Virus record (IMG/VR): IMGVR_UViG_3300047469_000312
Span: 96,001 to 160,000 of that record
Direction: 5' to 3' (one strand)
Length of the DNA: 64,000 nt
Source of the DNA: a virus
Part shown: positions 19,344 to 29,839 of the stretch, in pieces
Numbering within the stretch: the first letter of the stretch is position 1
How the letters are laid out: every line of letters starts with the position of its first letter
The notes under the pieces: model-generated
The model's database searches: none
What the model was told of the DNA's origin: nothing
The model's input: only the letters and a program-made list of their open reading frames with translations
Position numbers and translations under genes: made by a program

Positions 19344-19669
19344 GTGCGAACCTTGATGCGTTTGCTCAGCAATGCATGGCGAAGTATCCGGCTGCTCACG
19401 TATCGTGGTTTCTGATGTCCTCGTTCATTTACTACTACCACTGCAGTTCCTTGATTTCGGACGATCTGTTCGAAGGGATCTGCAAGTGGCTAGAACGTAA
19501 TATCGACACGATTGAGCATCCGCACAAGCACCTCATCACACACGACATGTTTGCGATCGGCAGTGCCTTTGCGCTGAGCTACAAGGATTATCCGTTGCGG
19601 GTGCGCTCGGCTGCCATGGCGCTACTTTTCCAACTCGACGAATTGAATAAGAAGGAAACAACAGCATGA
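19340..19669 (+). CDS. stand-alone NAD-dependent DNA ligase domain Ia-like protein
   Basis: S.IYYY...SLISDD.F+ matches LigA Ia YY..D.P.ISD.EYD. Confidence 0.65.
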   Translation: MSANLDAFAQQCMAKYPAAHVSWFLMSSFIYYYHCSSLISDDLFEGICKWLERNIDTIEHPHKHLITHDMFAIGSAFALSYKDYPLRVRSAAMALLFQLDELNKKETTA

Positions 19670-19980
19670 CTGGAGTAGAACCCAAGACTGAAAGCGACTA
19701 TCCTCTTTCGGGCATGGTTGCTCGCGCTATGCTGCGCGAGTACATCGACGAAGTAGTAGCCAAGAGTCGTGACACCTGCGCGGAGATCATTCAGGAGCTG
19801 CGAGGCACGCTGAAGGTCAAGCGCATCGACCTGAAAGAGTTCGATTGGGCGGAGTATCCGACGATCATCGCGATGTCATTCTCGCTCGTCAATGACGAGA
19901 CCAACATCCGTCATCTGTTCTCGCCCAAGCATTCGGCCTGGCAGACTTCCTGCGACAGCGCTTACGTTAAGGAGGCGTGA
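19666..19980 (+). CDS. hypothetical protein
   Basis: ATGA overlap. Confidence 0.65.
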   Translation: MTGVEPKTESDYPLSGMVARAMLREYIDEVVAKSRDTCAEIIQELRGTLKVKRIDLKEFDWAEYPTIIAMSFSLVNDETNIRHLFSPKHSAWQTSCDSAYVKEA

Positions 19981-20327
19981 TGATCAATCTAAATAACGCG
20001 AATCCGGAGTTCTGTTTTGTCCTCGGCGTGGTGCTTCTGATTGCGATGTTTTACTTCGTTATGCGCGAAGAACAGGCGAAGAAGATTCGCGAGAGTCGTT
20101 ACTGGCCCATTGCCTTTATTGGTTGGCCGCTCGTCCTGTCGATTCCCGCTAAGCTGATGCTACCGTTCTTTGACCAAGCGCAGATCAACGAAGACATTTT
20201 CGTGCCGTCATTGTTCGGCGGTGTCCTGTTGCTGTGCGGCGTGTCGCTCTTTATTCAGCATCGTCGCATGAAGAAGGAAGCTGAGCGAGATTTCCAAAAC
20301 GCTCTACGGCGAGGTAGACGTGGTTGA
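19977..20327 (+). CDS. membrane protein (3 TM)
   Basis: SD AAGGAGG; hydrophobic segments. Confidence 0.7.
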   Translation: MMINLNNANPEFCFVLGVVLLIAMFYFVMREEQAKKIRESRYWPIAFIGWPLVLSIPAKLMLPFFDQAQINEDIFVPSLFGGVLLLCGVSLFIQHRRMKKEAERDFQNALRRGRRG

Positions 20328-20521
20328 TCCAGACATCCGGGCTGAACTCTGCTACGAGATTCGTGATCTGCGCGCGGAGGCTGATCCCGATGCTCCTCAT
20401 GCCGTCTTCAGTTTTTACGTGGTGACGTAACAAAGATAAACGATGAACCTTATCTTCGTCGATCGTGGTCCGGCCACGAGCTGGACCGATCACAACCTCA
20501 TACAAGCTTACAAATAAGAAC

Positions 20522-20929
20522 ATGCTCAAGATCAATATCGAACATGGCGATGTCGGTGTTGCCGCCGCAGTAGCAGGCATTATCGAGAACGCACTGGCTC
20601 AGCACGGTTTCACCAACGTGAAGGGCAAGATCGTGATGGTGTACCAGGAAGTCAAGCGCGATGCCGCAGGCAGTGTCGTGCCTAGCTTCGGCAAGGTCAA
20701 TCAGCTCTCGCCGCTGGTCGATCCTGCAATCGAGTTACGTCCGAAGATGTACACGACGGAACTGATGGACGCCCGCATCGCTTATGGCTACCCGGTTATC
20801 GTCGACTGGATGAAGGCCGATCGACCGGATGTCTTCGCTTCTCCGGTACTGATCGATACGGGTATCGAATCTACTCCGTATCAAGAACAACTGAAAGCGT
20901 TCAAGGAAGGGAAAGATGCTGCGTGCTGA
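20522..20929 (+). CDS. hypothetical protein
   Basis: ORF overlapping thyA start. Confidence 0.7.
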   Translation: MLKINIEHGDVGVAAAVAGIIENALAQHGFTNVKGKIVMVYQEVKRDAAGSVVPSFGKVNQLSPLVDPAIELRPKMYTTELMDARIAYGYPVIVDWMKADRPDVFASPVLIDTGIESTPYQEQLKAFKEGKDAAC

Positions 20930-21803
20930 ACAACAATACCTGAACGGCCTGCGCCGCATCCATGACGAAGGCGTCGATCTCAAGAACGAACGCACCGGGA
21001 TCGTCTGTCGGACGGTGATCAATGTCGACCTCACGTACGACGCGACCAGCAACAAGGCACCGATCGTCACCACGCGTAAAGCACCGGTGAAACTCCCGAT
21101 CGCTGAGCTGCTCGGTTACATCAAGGGTGTCACGTCCGCCGCACAGATGCGCGAGCTCGGCACCAAGTCGTGGGACGCCAACGCCAACGAAAATACGGCA
21201 TGGCTGAAGAACCCCAACCGTCAAGGTGAAGACGACCTCGGCCTGATCTACGGGGCAGTCGCCAAGAACTGGCCTGTCACTGAGTTTTACACGCCGGATG
21301 GTGGTGAGTCGAACACCACACTCGATCTGTTCCGCAAGGTCTACAACAACCTGAAGAAGGGCGTCGATGATCGGGGCGAAATCATCACGTTCTGGAATCC
21401 GGGTATGTTCCACTTGGGCTGCCTGCGGCCGTGCATGTACGAACATCAGTTCTCGCTGTTGGGTGACGACCTGTATCTGAATTCGACCCAGCGCTCTTCA
21501 GACTGGCCGCTCGGCACCGTGGCGAACATGGTGCAGGTCTGGTTGTTCCTGCGACTGATGGCGCAGATTACGGGCAAGAACCCGAAGTACGCGTATCACC
21601 GTAATGTGAACTCGCACATCTACGGCAACCAGCTGGACTTGGTGCCTGTGCAGTTGAGCCGGTCGATTTTGGCTGAGCCGACGATTGACATCAACCCAGA
21701 CATCAAGACGCTGGAAGATCTGGAAACCTGGGTGACGGTCGACGATTTCAAGGTCACGTATCCGGAATACCATCCGGCGATCAACTATCCATTTGCGGTG
21801 TGA
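20916..21803 (+). CDS. thyA: thymidylate synthase
   Basis: RTG, DLGLIYG, WNPG, LRPCMY (catalytic Cys), [16 protein letters not shown]. Confidence 0.95.
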   Translation: MLRAEQQYLNGLRRIHDEGVDLKNERTGIVCRTVINVDLTYDATSNKAPIVTTRKAPVKLPIAELLGYIKGVTSAAQMRELGTKSWDANANENTAWLKNPNRQGEDDLGLIYGAVAKNWPVTEFYTPDGGESNTTLDLFRKVYNNLKKGVDDRGEIITFWNPGMFHLGCLRPCMYEHQFSLLGDDLYLNSTQRSSDWPLGTVANMVQVWLFLRLMAQITGKNPKYAYHRNVNSHIYGNQLDLVPVQLSRSILAEPTIDINPDIKTLEDLETWVTVDDFKVTYPEYHPAINYPFAV

Positions 21804-22072
21804 GCATGTCCGAGAAAAGCCTAGAAGAAGAACTCGCGTTCTTGCGTGAGCGCGAGATAGAGGTCATCGGTTTGCTGGGGTTCTTGAAGCCCGTCATGCA
21901 AGCAAACGTTGATGTCAATTTCACGCTCAGTCGGGACGAGCATGGATTTGGAAAGCTCTATATGCATCCGCTCGCGGTCTCTGCAGAAGACGCCGGAGAT
22001 AAGCCTGTCTGGTGTGGTTCGGTGGCGGTGCTTTCACCGAGCTTTCTGAAGACGTTTGTCGATAAGGACTGA
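21800..22072 (+). CDS. hypothetical protein
   Basis: GTGA overlap. Confidence 0.6.
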   Translation: MSMSEKSLEEELAFLREREIEVIGLLGFLKPVMQANVDVNFTLSRDEHGFGKLYMHPLAVSAEDAGDKPVWCGSVAVLSPSFLKTFVDKD

Positions 22073-22073
22073 C

Positions 22074-22319
22074 ATGGCCTACGCAAAAGTGCTCTGGCAT
22101 CCGGCACAGAACCGCGCGCTCACGGATGAGGAAGCCGCTTACGTAGATGCGTGCGCGATGCGGGCTATGGAAGGCTATATCTCCCGTGGTACGAATCTCA
22201 CGTCAGCAGACATCGCGGACATCTCGTACAAAACAGCGTTCATGATGCTAGACGTTCGTCAAGATCGCTACATGAAGATGGTCAAGTACGAGGTCAAAGA
22301 AGAAACCCGACCGGGTTGA
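22074..22319 (+). CDS. hypothetical protein
   Basis: SD TAAGGA. Confidence 0.65.
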   Translation: MAYAKVLWHPAQNRALTDEEAAYVDACAMRAMEGYISRGTNLTSADIADISYKTAFMMLDVRQDRYMKMVKYEVKEETRPG

Positions 22320-22330
22320 AGGATAGAATA

Positions 22331-23134
22331 ATGAGAAAGGACAAACTCGGCGATCGCATGAAGCGCTACGAGCTCTCGGACGATCGTCGTCTGATGCCGT
22401 TGCTGCCGATTGTCATCCGCATGGACGGGATCGCTTTCAGTACATTCACACGGGGTTTGAAGCGCCCGTACGACGAGCGGCTATCGACCTGCATGATCGA
22501 GACCACCAAGGGCCTGGTAGAGCGCTGGCACGCTACGTTGGGCTATACGCAAAGCGATGAAATCACGATCTTCCTGAAGAACGACGATCCGTTTGCTTTG
22601 ATGCCTTACGACGGCCGCGTGCAGAAATTGATCGGGGCATTTGCTTCGTCGGTCACGGGCAAGTTCATCCGCCACATGAATCAGCACCTGCCAGAGAAAG
22701 CCCACATCGATCCGGAGTTCGACTGCCGGGTCTGGCAATTGCCGAACATGGCAGAAGTCTTCAACATGTTCCTGTGGCGCGAATCGGATGCGACCACCAA
22801 CAGCATCCAGATGGCGGCGCAGTCGCAGTATAGCCACAAGCAGCTGCACAAGAAGGGCTGGTCGGACTTGAACGAGATGCTCTTCCAGAAGGGCATCAAC
22901 TACAACGACTACCCGGCCTTCTTTAAGCGCGGCACGTACGCGCGCCGCACGGCGGTGCATCGTTTGCTGACGGCTGAGGAACTGAACAAGATCCCCGAGC
23001 AGCACCGTCACCTGCATCAAGGGATTGTCACACGTAATGAGCTCATTGCGGTCGACATGCCTGCGATCCATTCGATCAAGGGTGGCATGGAAGAACTGCT
23101 CGGCCACATGAAGCCGCGCGCGTTATTGGGGTAA
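22331..23134 (+). CDS. thg1: tRNA(His) guanylyltransferase Thg1-like (3'-5' polymerase)
   Basis: LGDRMK.YE, IRMDG.AFS.FT, GYTQSDEIT, FDCRV, WRE.DA..NSI, KRGT. Confidence 0.93.
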   Translation: MRKDKLGDRMKRYELSDDRRLMPLLPIVIRMDGIAFSTFTRGLKRPYDERLSTCMIETTKGLVERWHATLGYTQSDEITIFLKNDDPFALMPYDGRVQKLIGAFASSVTGKFIRHMNQHLPEKAHIDPEFDCRVWQLPNMAEVFNMFLWRESDATTNSIQMAAQSQYSHKQLHKKGWSDLNEMLFQKGINYNDYPAFFKRGTYARRTAVHRLLTAEELNKIPEQHRHLHQGIVTRNELIAVDMPAIHSIKGGMEELLGHMKPRALLG

Positions 23135-23137
23135 GCA

Positions 23138-23890
23138 ATGGTAAAACTAATTCTTAAAGATCTACCGCCTGGTTTCAAAAGCGTGCCAGCAGACAGCAGC
23201 TATCAGCCCGATCTGTCGGAATGGATCAGCAATCAGTCCTATGTGGGACGGAATCTGATTGCGGTAGTGACGCGTAACGTGTCGACCGACCAAGAAAACG
23301 GCGAGCTGTACGCAGGCATGATCAAGGCGATGCTGGAACTCCATCCGTATTCGATCGATGGCTTCTGGACTGGCTTCAGTGAAGATGGTTTCTTCATGCC
23401 AGACCCGCGCTTTAAGGTCAACGAGAAGTATGGTCGGCCCGTCGATCGCCTGCTCACGCACTGGCGGCGGGATTACAACTGCTACCAGCATACCGCGCAC
23501 CCGATCGAGGGCAAACAGCGCCCGACCAAAGAGCAGTGCACGATCGACGTGATGTTTATCGAGCCTGACCCCACTTGCACTAAGGTGGTAATGGCATGGC
23601 ACATGTTCCAGATGTTTCCGGAAGAATACGCGGGCCTGCAGTCCAAGCGCGATCTGATGCGTGCGTCACCGGTGTTCAATTTCCACGGCTTTCGCGTGCA
23701 TCGACGCATCAAGGGCACCGTGTGCGAATTCACGCTCGGTTACGAATCGTACGAAGACGGCGACCGCGTGATCGATCATGCCCAGCGCATCTTGAACGGA
23801 ATCGCTCTTGAGGGCATGAATCCCCACGCACGACAAGAGTTCGTCACCGCCATTGCGCCAGACGCTGGTCCGGAAGTCCAGGCGGGCTAA
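23138..23890 (+). CDS. hypothetical protein, paralog of 24192-25133
   Basis: Shared Y.GRN.IAV..R, KA..ELHP..I.G..TGF, HW...YN.Y, TIDV.F.E.D.T.T.V..AW. Confidence 0.8.
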   Translation: MVKLILKDLPPGFKSVPADSSYQPDLSEWISNQSYVGRNLIAVVTRNVSTDQENGELYAGMIKAMLELHPYSIDGFWTGFSEDGFFMPDPRFKVNEKYGRPVDRLLTHWRRDYNCYQHTAHPIEGKQRPTKEQCTIDVMFIEPDPTCTKVVMAWHMFQMFPEEYAGLQSKRDLMRASPVFNFHGFRVHRRIKGTVCEFTLGYESYEDGDRVIDHAQRILNGIALEGMNPHARQEFVTAIAPDAGPEVQAG

Positions 23891-24211
23891 ATGAACATGT
23901 ATCGTCGCCAGCGTCTTAACTTCACGTACACGCTACCGGAAGGTTGGTCGATGTTCCTGTACGGTAACGAGCCGGTGCACGTCGTCATCATGACGGACGC
24001 AGGCGACATCGTCACGTGGGCAGTGAGTGCCGGTGACATGGTCATTCGGACCGAACAATTGGTCGACGAGCCGTGGGAGTACGACAGCGTCGAGGCCGGT
24101 ATCTCGCTCTACATCGCCACGCTCGTGGGGCTCGAATTAGCCGACATGCGCATGTATGGTTTAAATCAACTTAACACAACAAGAGGTTCTGATGTCAGCA
24201 GGATCGCGTAA
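23891..24211 (+). CDS. hypothetical protein
   Basis: ORF between paralogs. Confidence 0.65.
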   Translation: MNMYRRQRLNFTYTLPEGWSMFLYGNEPVHVVIMTDAGDIVTWAVSAGDMVIRTEQLVDEPWEYDSVEAGISLYIATLVGLELADMRMYGLNQLNTTRGSDVSRIA

Positions 24212-25133
24212 GAAGCACAGCAACAACCACAAGCAGTATCAGGACGGCAATCAGGACCACCTGGAGGTCTCGTCGCTGCTCGCTGGGGCAGGTAATGGTC
24301 GTGACGTCGAAGCGCGTCTGGGTGGCGCTGCTAAGCTCGCTGAGAGCATCGACAATCCACCCCCGCCGGAAGACGACATCATGGGCGGGGTACCGGGTAT
24401 CGGCAATGAAGGCCCGGTTACAGCGGGCAATGCGGATACCGAGAAACAACCGGAAACCCAGCCAGGTCGCATTGCTGAAGCATTCAGCACTTCCGAAGTC
24501 GGCGCTGAAGGCGATGGCGGCCATATCACCAACAATGTCTACCAGGGTCGCAACATCATTGCGGTGCTGGTGCGCGGTACGCGCGAATCGCTTTTCGAGC
24601 CGAACTTCAATGAGTCGCTAAAGGCCCTCGTCGAGCTGCACCCCATCAAGATCAAGGGTCTGCGCACGGGCTTCAAGATTGGCGAACTCTCGAAGACGCA
24701 AACGCGGGTGATGGCCACTGCCTCAGTGGCCGACTTCACCTGGCTGGAGCGCCAGGATCGGGTGATCGACACCACCATGCATCACTGGGGTGATCGATAC
24801 AACGACTACCTGCTTGACGAAGAACAGGCGCGCGATAACCGCTCGTACAAGGCGAAGATCTCGCTGCAAGACGTGACGATCGACGTCGTCTTCTTCGAAA
24901 CCGATGCGACTCACACCAGGGTGCTCGCTGCCTGGAAGGGCATGAACCTGCGGCCCGTGCATTATACGGGTCTGTTATCGGCGCGTGACGTTGGTGGCTA
25001 TCCCTTCGGTAACCAATGCGTCACGGCGACGCTGGATGGGACGTACGTACGTAATCCCGCGGTGCTGGCAGAAGCGCAGGCGCTGCTCGACGGTGTCCGC
25101 CTGCAATGCGCCAACCCGTACGCTTTGACCTGA
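24192..25133 (+). CDS. hypothetical protein with disordered N-terminus, paralog of 23138-23890
   Basis: SD GAGG; shared motifs. Confidence 0.8.
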   Translation: MSAGSRKKHSNNHKQYQDGNQDHLEVSSLLAGAGNGRDVEARLGGAAKLAESIDNPPPPEDDIMGGVPGIGNEGPVTAGNADTEKQPETQPGRIAEAFSTSEVGAEGDGGHITNNVYQGRNIIAVLVRGTRESLFEPNFNESLKALVELHPIKIKGLRTGFKIGELSKTQTRVMATASVADFTWLERQDRVIDTTMHHWGDRYNDYLLDEEQARDNRSYKAKISLQDVTIDVVFFETDATHTRVLAAWKGMNLRPVHYTGLLSARDVGGYPFGNQCVTATLDGTYVRNPAVLAEAQALLDGVRLQCANPYALT

Positions 25134-25309
25134 TGCTGAAGGTTATCGGCATAAGCGCAGTGATGGTCCTCGCGGGCCTCACTGCGATCGGTGTAGTAGG
25201 GTGGGAAGTGGTCGAGGCAGTCACGCTTTTCTTTCGTTTTACCATGACGGGTCTCGGCTCGTTGCTGCGGTAGCCACGAGGTGACACCTTCTTCAGACCA
25301 GGAGGGGCA

Positions 25310-25558
25310 ATGTATCGGCATGACGTGTTGGTGCAGATCGGCAGTCTCTGGTTTACGTTTGTGTTTTTCCTTGTATTGTATTGCCTCTGGTGTTGGTTGG
25401 CTTTACGGTCGCGTCGCTCTCAGGGTAGGATCAGCTATCGTCGCTATGCGATGTATGCGCAGCAACTGCGCCGCCGAACCTGGTGGGTGTTCGGCGCTTC
25501 CTTTCTCGTCGTGACGTTTCTCTACGCAGTGATTACCGAACTTAATTCAAAGGGGTAG
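25310..25558 (+). CDS. small membrane protein
   Basis: SD GGAGG; 2 TM. Confidence 0.6.
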   Translation: MYRHDVLVQIGSLWFTFVFFLVLYCLWCWLALRSRRSQGRISYRRYAMYAQQLRRRTWWVFGASFLVVTFLYAVITELNSKG

Positions 25559-25560
25559 GC

Positions 25561-25884
25561 ATGGCATTTGAACAACCGAAGAGCAGTGAGAACCGCGATG
25601 GGTTCTGCTTTGACACTCTCCTCGCACTGGCCAAAGACGGTCCGTGTTGGGACGGTGACGTGCCCTCGAAGTCCGGGCGCAATGACCTGATCGAGCACGG
25701 GATGGCGATCCGGGTGGTCGTCAAGGGTGAGGACGGCTTCACCGCACTTACCTACAAAGGGCGTGACTTCTTCGTGAAGTACATGGAGTGCGACACGCTG
25801 AAACAGGCGCTCGAAAAGCAACGCCAGAGCTTTATCAAAGGCTGGCGCGAGCGTAACGAACTCACGGATATTGCGGTCAATTAA
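25561..25884 (+). CDS. conserved-looking phage protein (GP.WDGDVPSKSGR motif)
   Basis: SD AAGGGG. Confidence 0.7.
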   Translation: MAFEQPKSSENRDGFCFDTLLALAKDGPCWDGDVPSKSGRNDLIEHGMAIRVVVKGEDGFTALTYKGRDFFVKYMECDTLKQALEKQRQSFIKGWRERNELTDIAVN

Positions 25885-25902
25885 CCCTCCTCTCAGATAC
25901 CA

Positions 25903-26024
25903 CATTCTGTGAGGAACATGCACGGCGTTTGTAGGAGTTCGACAGACGACTGGGCTTTTTAGCGTGAGCAGGGACTGCCTTGTCAGGCCGTCTCCTGCTT
26001 TCGCTAGAAAATCTATTTATGCCG
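25903..26024 (+). ncRNA. candidate late sRNA with long imperfect hairpin
   Basis: CATTCTGTG late-like motif; TTTTTAGCG-GAGCAGGGAC-GCCT...AGGC-GTCTCCTGCTT-CGCTAGAAAA hairpin; ends TATGCCG; no credible ORF. Confidence 0.4.
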
Positions 26025-26120
26025 TTGTTCCGTTAGGGAATAGATGAGTCATGTCTAGTAAATTCTATCCAGACACGGCATTTTGTAGAAGAGTACGACC
26101 CTTATAACTGACAAGAAACC

Positions 26121-26768
26121 ATGGCCGCTAATCACGGGGCACGTAATACGCACGGCATGTCACGAGACCGACTGTACTGGCGCTGGATGGGGATTCACGC
26201 CAAGTGCTACCGTGAAGAGAACCAAAGCTACAAGCGCTACGGTGCGAGGGGAATTATCGTTGAGTGGGACTGGCATCGGGATAACAATCTCGGGCTGCAG
26301 AACTTCCTCAACTGGCTGACTGAGAAATTGCAAGAACAGGGTAATCCTGAGAAGTACGCAGTCGTGCTTGATGATCAGTCGAAGAACTTCGGACCCGGCA
26401 ACTGCCTGGTGCGTAGTCATCAGTTCGCTATCCAGCGGCGCGAGCACAATGCGTTCAGTCCTGCTAAAGTGATCGAGATGCGCCAATACAAACGAGCGTA
26501 TCCGGAGGCCACACTGGAGCAGATGGCTGAACTATTCGGGGGGTCCGCTTCAGGCGTCTCACGAGTACTGTCGGGCGTAGATTACGCCAACCTGAATGAG
26601 ATTGCACCACCCATTGACGTCGACCAAATAAGAAAGGGGATTAAAGCGACGCACGGAAAACGCCGTAAGGCGAAGAAGCCTGCCCAAGAAAATAAACCTG
26701 ATCCCAACCCACCGACGACCGTTCGCCGTCTATACCGAAGCGGACAACTCATGGTAGTAATTGAATAA
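26121..26768 (+). CDS. HNH-like homing endonuclease derivative with C-terminal HTH
   Basis: THGMS...LY..W.G....CY......YKRYGARGI.V; ..GPGNC; the usual IDRIDN catalytic segment is diverged. Confidence 0.65.
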   Translation: MAANHGARNTHGMSRDRLYWRWMGIHAKCYREENQSYKRYGARGIIVEWDWHRDNNLGLQNFLNWLTEKLQEQGNPEKYAVVLDDQSKNFGPGNCLVRSHQFAIQRREHNAFSPAKVIEMRQYKRAYPEATLEQMAELFGGSASGVSRVLSGVDYANLNEIAPPIDVDQIRKGIKATHGKRRKAKKPAQENKPDPNPPTTVRRLYRSGQLMVVIE

Positions 26769-26790
26769 GCATCTTCTCGGGGATAACAAG

Positions 26791-27474
26791 ATGTTTGGCT
26801 TCTTTGTGTGGTTTCGTGTAGCGGTAGTAGTTGCAACTGTGTGGATGTTGGTCAGTGCGCGGGCGTCGCATCCGAGCCATCTCCTCACCTTCTTGGCTGG
26901 CATGGCGCTGCTCAGTCTTCTCTCCGATGAGAAGCTCAAGCGGTGGTTCGTTCTACCCGAACCGCCCCGTGCTGTCAAGGTTCCAGATCACGACGGGGCT
27001 TCTCCTGGTCTGGAATGTTTGATTGGTAGTCCGGACGAGTTCAAGGAACATCGTGCGGACCTGTACGACGAAGAGCGCATCGTGGGTTCCGCGGTGCTGC
27101 ACTACGGTACGGGTCAGATCTGGGCAGTCGAGGCGCCTGGACGCCATCATCATGTCCTCTGGGCCATGGACATGCTGAAGGTTCCGCACGCGTATCACCG
27201 AGACCAGGGCTTTCTCACGAATTGGGGACGTTACGTCGACCGGAAAGAAGCAGCACTGATCGCCGCCGCGGCCAATCAGTTGCTCGATAAACAATTTACT
27301 CCGCCCGAACTCTTCAGTGAAGACGTTTGGGTGACACCCCCGTGGGAGAACAAGTATGACGGCAGTAGCAGTACCGAAGGACTACACCAGCCCGCAGTGG
27401 GACAGCACGACGCAGCGTGGGGACTGGAAGAACTACATCAACGAGGGGCTTCAGAAGGTCTGGGCGTCGTTTAA
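26791..27474 (+). CDS. hypothetical protein (N-terminal TM; RHH...QGFLTN.GRYVDRKEA...LFSEDVW domain)
   Basis: ORF with recurrent phage motif. Confidence 0.65.
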   Translation: MFGFFVWFRVAVVVATVWMLVSARASHPSHLLTFLAGMALLSLLSDEKLKRWFVLPEPPRAVKVPDHDGASPGLECLIGSPDEFKEHRADLYDEERIVGSAVLHYGTGQIWAVEAPGRHHHVLWAMDMLKVPHAYHRDQGFLTNWGRYVDRKEAALIAAAANQLLDKQFTPPELFSEDVWVTPPWENKYDGSSSTEGLHQPAVGQHDAAWGLEELHQRGASEGLGVV

Positions 27475-27545
27475 CGCCGCGCAACAGATGCTGATTGCCG
27501 TGAACGCGCAAGAACACGCGGACAAAGAAGAGCAGGAATAACGTC

Positions 27546-27908
27546 ATGCCCTACCATGAGTCGATGAGCAGGCTCGACCACGAACGTATCGTGGCAGACC
27601 TCGAAGGCAGCCTCAATAAGCTGCTTGCTGAGAACCTCGAGCTGCGTGCCCGCAACAACGACCTCACGGTCTTCCTGGATGCGTACCAGCGCGACTGTCG
27701 TCGTACGCTCGATGCGGCGCATTACTACAGCCAGGATATTCCGGGACTCGTTGGCACCACCGGAGAAGATGCGGTCTACTATTTGGCGTTTCTGTATCTG
27801 AACGCCATGGCAGGACCCCGCGCTCGCAAGCTCACCGCCATGGACGGGCGTCGTCAATTCAAGCGTCAAGCCAAGCGTCGCGTGAAGTACACCATCAGAC
27901 GGGGATAA
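27546..27908 (+). CDS. hypothetical protein
   Basis: ORF in operon. Confidence 0.65.
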   Translation: MPYHESMSRLDHERIVADLEGSLNKLLAENLELRARNNDLTVFLDAYQRDCRRTLDAAHYYSQDIPGLVGTTGEDAVYYLAFLYLNAMAGPRARKLTAMDGRRQFKRQAKRRVKYTIRRG

Positions 27909-27911
27909 GAA

Positions 27912-28241
27912 GTGACGAAGCTTTTGAGTAAAGTGCTTTCTCAAGAGGAAGCCGATGCTTTCGCTGAGACGGCGGTGCGCACCAAAGCCCGCGAACTGTT
28001 GGAGCTCGCTGATGAGCTCGGCCTGAAAGTCACGATCGATCTCGTGCCGAACCAGCCGCTCTCGACCGCGGATGCGAAACCCCGAGTGGACTTACGTCGC
28101 AAGCGTATCCTGCTCGATAAGGGTGCGTACCTCTTCACTGATCCGGACGTGGTCAAGAAGGTTGTGACCAAAGCGTTCCCGATTGATCAGTTGCAGCACA
28201 TCGCCTTCAAGACGGAAATGAAGCTGAAGCGCGAGCAATAA
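27912..28241 (+). CDS. hypothetical protein
   Basis: SD GGGGA, GTG start; followed by hairpin 28248-28269. Confidence 0.65.
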   Translation: MTKLLSKVLSQEEADAFAETAVRTKARELLELADELGLKVTIDLVPNQPLSTADAKPRVDLRRKRILLDKGAYLFTDPDVVKKVVTKAFPIDQLQHIAFKTEMKLKREQ

Positions 28242-28298
28242 CACGTACCCAGGGGCTACGGTCCCTGGGACAAGACCACGACTTTTTTTGGCATTACC

Positions 28299-29489
28299 AT
28301 GACTTACAGCGAAATGGTGGGACAACTCAAAAGCACCATCGAAGAAGATGGCCATAGTGCCTCGGCGATGGTGACGCTGGAGCTTATCGAGCTTCTGCGA
28401 AGCGGCATGAAGAAGCCCGAACCGCAGTTGGAGAGTTTGGCCAAGTCGCTGAATAGCCATATCGTCGCCATGGCGCAGCACAAGTGGAGCGTGGCGAAGT
28501 ACTTCTCGGGCCGTGGTCCGATTGCCAACAAGCTGCGCGACTATGCAGCTATCAGTCGTCATTTCTCGATGGGGATTTTCAAGCTCGAAGACAAGCTGAA
28601 GAAGTTTGACTTCCAGCCGGTGACGGACGACGCGGATCGCTCGAAGGCGTTCCGGGTGTGGCTCGAAGAAGCAGCGATGAATGCCTTCGGTACTTACCAC
28701 GACATCGAGCTGCCGCTGCCTTACATCCCCGGTATCGAAGTGGGTCTGCCCTCGGGCATCCACCGTACGAACCCGGAATCGTACGCAGCCGGGGCCGAGA
28801 GCCCGCAATGGCTGGTACTGGCCGCTGACCTCGAGAACGGCCTGAAGGCGCGCTACATCGTGCGGCGGGACCATCGTGCGGTGTTGCTGTACTGGCACCC
28901 GCATGAAGAAGTCTGGCTGGCTGATCCGGGCGAGACGATCTTCCCTGGCGTGCTGGAAGCGTTTGCTCTCGAGTGGGAGAAGCTCGCCAACAAGAGTGGC
29001 TACACGGCGGAGAAGCCCGTGGATGTCGAGGCGAACCTCGCTGAGCTGCACACGAAGATGAACCAGGTCTTCGATGCCGAAGAGAAGCTCCCGGATGTCA
29101 CCCAGCATTATGTCCGCAACGACGACGGTCTGTCTTCGTTTGTCCGCATCCAGGTCGAAGACTATATCCTCACCTTCATGAACACGAAGGGCCAGTGGGC
29201 AAGCCGCAATATCTTACTCTCGGTGAATGGGGCTGGACCGTACAACATGCGTGTGCAGTGGAGTGACCTGCGCGAATTCACCCGCCAGGAAGTCTTCAAG
29301 CAAGCGCACCTGGTGCTCGACGGGCTAATCCAGCAGTACATTAGCGTGCCGGAAGAACCAGCGCCCTTGCCGCAGGCGCCTGAGATGGCTGACACCGTCG
29401 CTGAAGTGCAGACGCAACTCGCTTCTGAAACCCCGGACTATACGCCGGTGTACCTGAAGCTGCAGCGTCAAGCGAAGAAGGAAAAGTAA
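28299..29489 (+). CDS. hypothetical protein (396 aa)
   Basis: Long ORF. Confidence 0.8.
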   Translation: MTYSEMVGQLKSTIEEDGHSASAMVTLELIELLRSGMKKPEPQLESLAKSLNSHIVAMAQHKWSVAKYFSGRGPIANKLRDYAAISRHFSMGIFKLEDKLKKFDFQPVTDDADRSKAFRVWLEEAAMNAFGTYHDIELPLPYIPGIEVGLPSGIHRTNPESYAAGAESPQWLVLAADLENGLKARYIVRRDHRAVLLYWHPHEEVWLADPGETIFPGVLEAFALEWEKLANKSGYTAEKPVDVEANLAELHTKMNQVFDAEEKLPDVTQHYVRNDDGLSSFVRIQVEDYILTFMNTKGQWASRNILLSVNGAGPYNMRVQWSDLREFTRQEVFKQAHLVLDGLIQQYISVPEEPAPLPQAPEMADTVAEVQTQLASETPDYTPVYLKLQRQAKKEK

Positions 29490-29839
29490 TGCTCGCCTTC
29501 TTCCATCACTCCGCGGCTACTCTCCTGTACCTGTTGATCTTCGGTCACTTTGTGGCTGATTATCCGCTCCAGGGACCGTACCTCAGTGAAGCGAAGAATC
29601 CCGATAGTGCGTTGGGTCAGAACGGCGTGTGGAAACATGCGCTGTTCGCCCATGCGTACATTCAGTCCGGATTCGTCTTGCTCTTTACCGGCTCGATGCA
29701 TTGTGCGGTGATTGAGCTGGTGGCGCACGCGTTCATCGACTACGGCAAGTGCAAGAAGTACATCACCTATAACACCGACCAGGCACTACACATCGCCTGC
29801 AAGGTCCTTTACCTCTTTGTGGTGTTTGGTCAGTTATGA
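29489..29839 (+). CDS. DUF3307 membrane protein
   Basis: GHFVADYPLQ, H..I, H.FID..K, DQALH. Confidence 0.85.
   Translation: MLAFFHHSAATLLYLLIFGHFVADYPLQGPYLSEAKNPDSALGQNGVWKHALFAHAYIQSGFVLLFTGSMHCAVIELVAHAFIDYGKCKKYITYNTDQALHIACKVLYLFVVFGQL

Noticed and set aside
26121-26768. Active intron-associated homing endonuclease
   Set aside because: Free-standing, no interrupted gene or group I intron core visible, catalytic segment diverged
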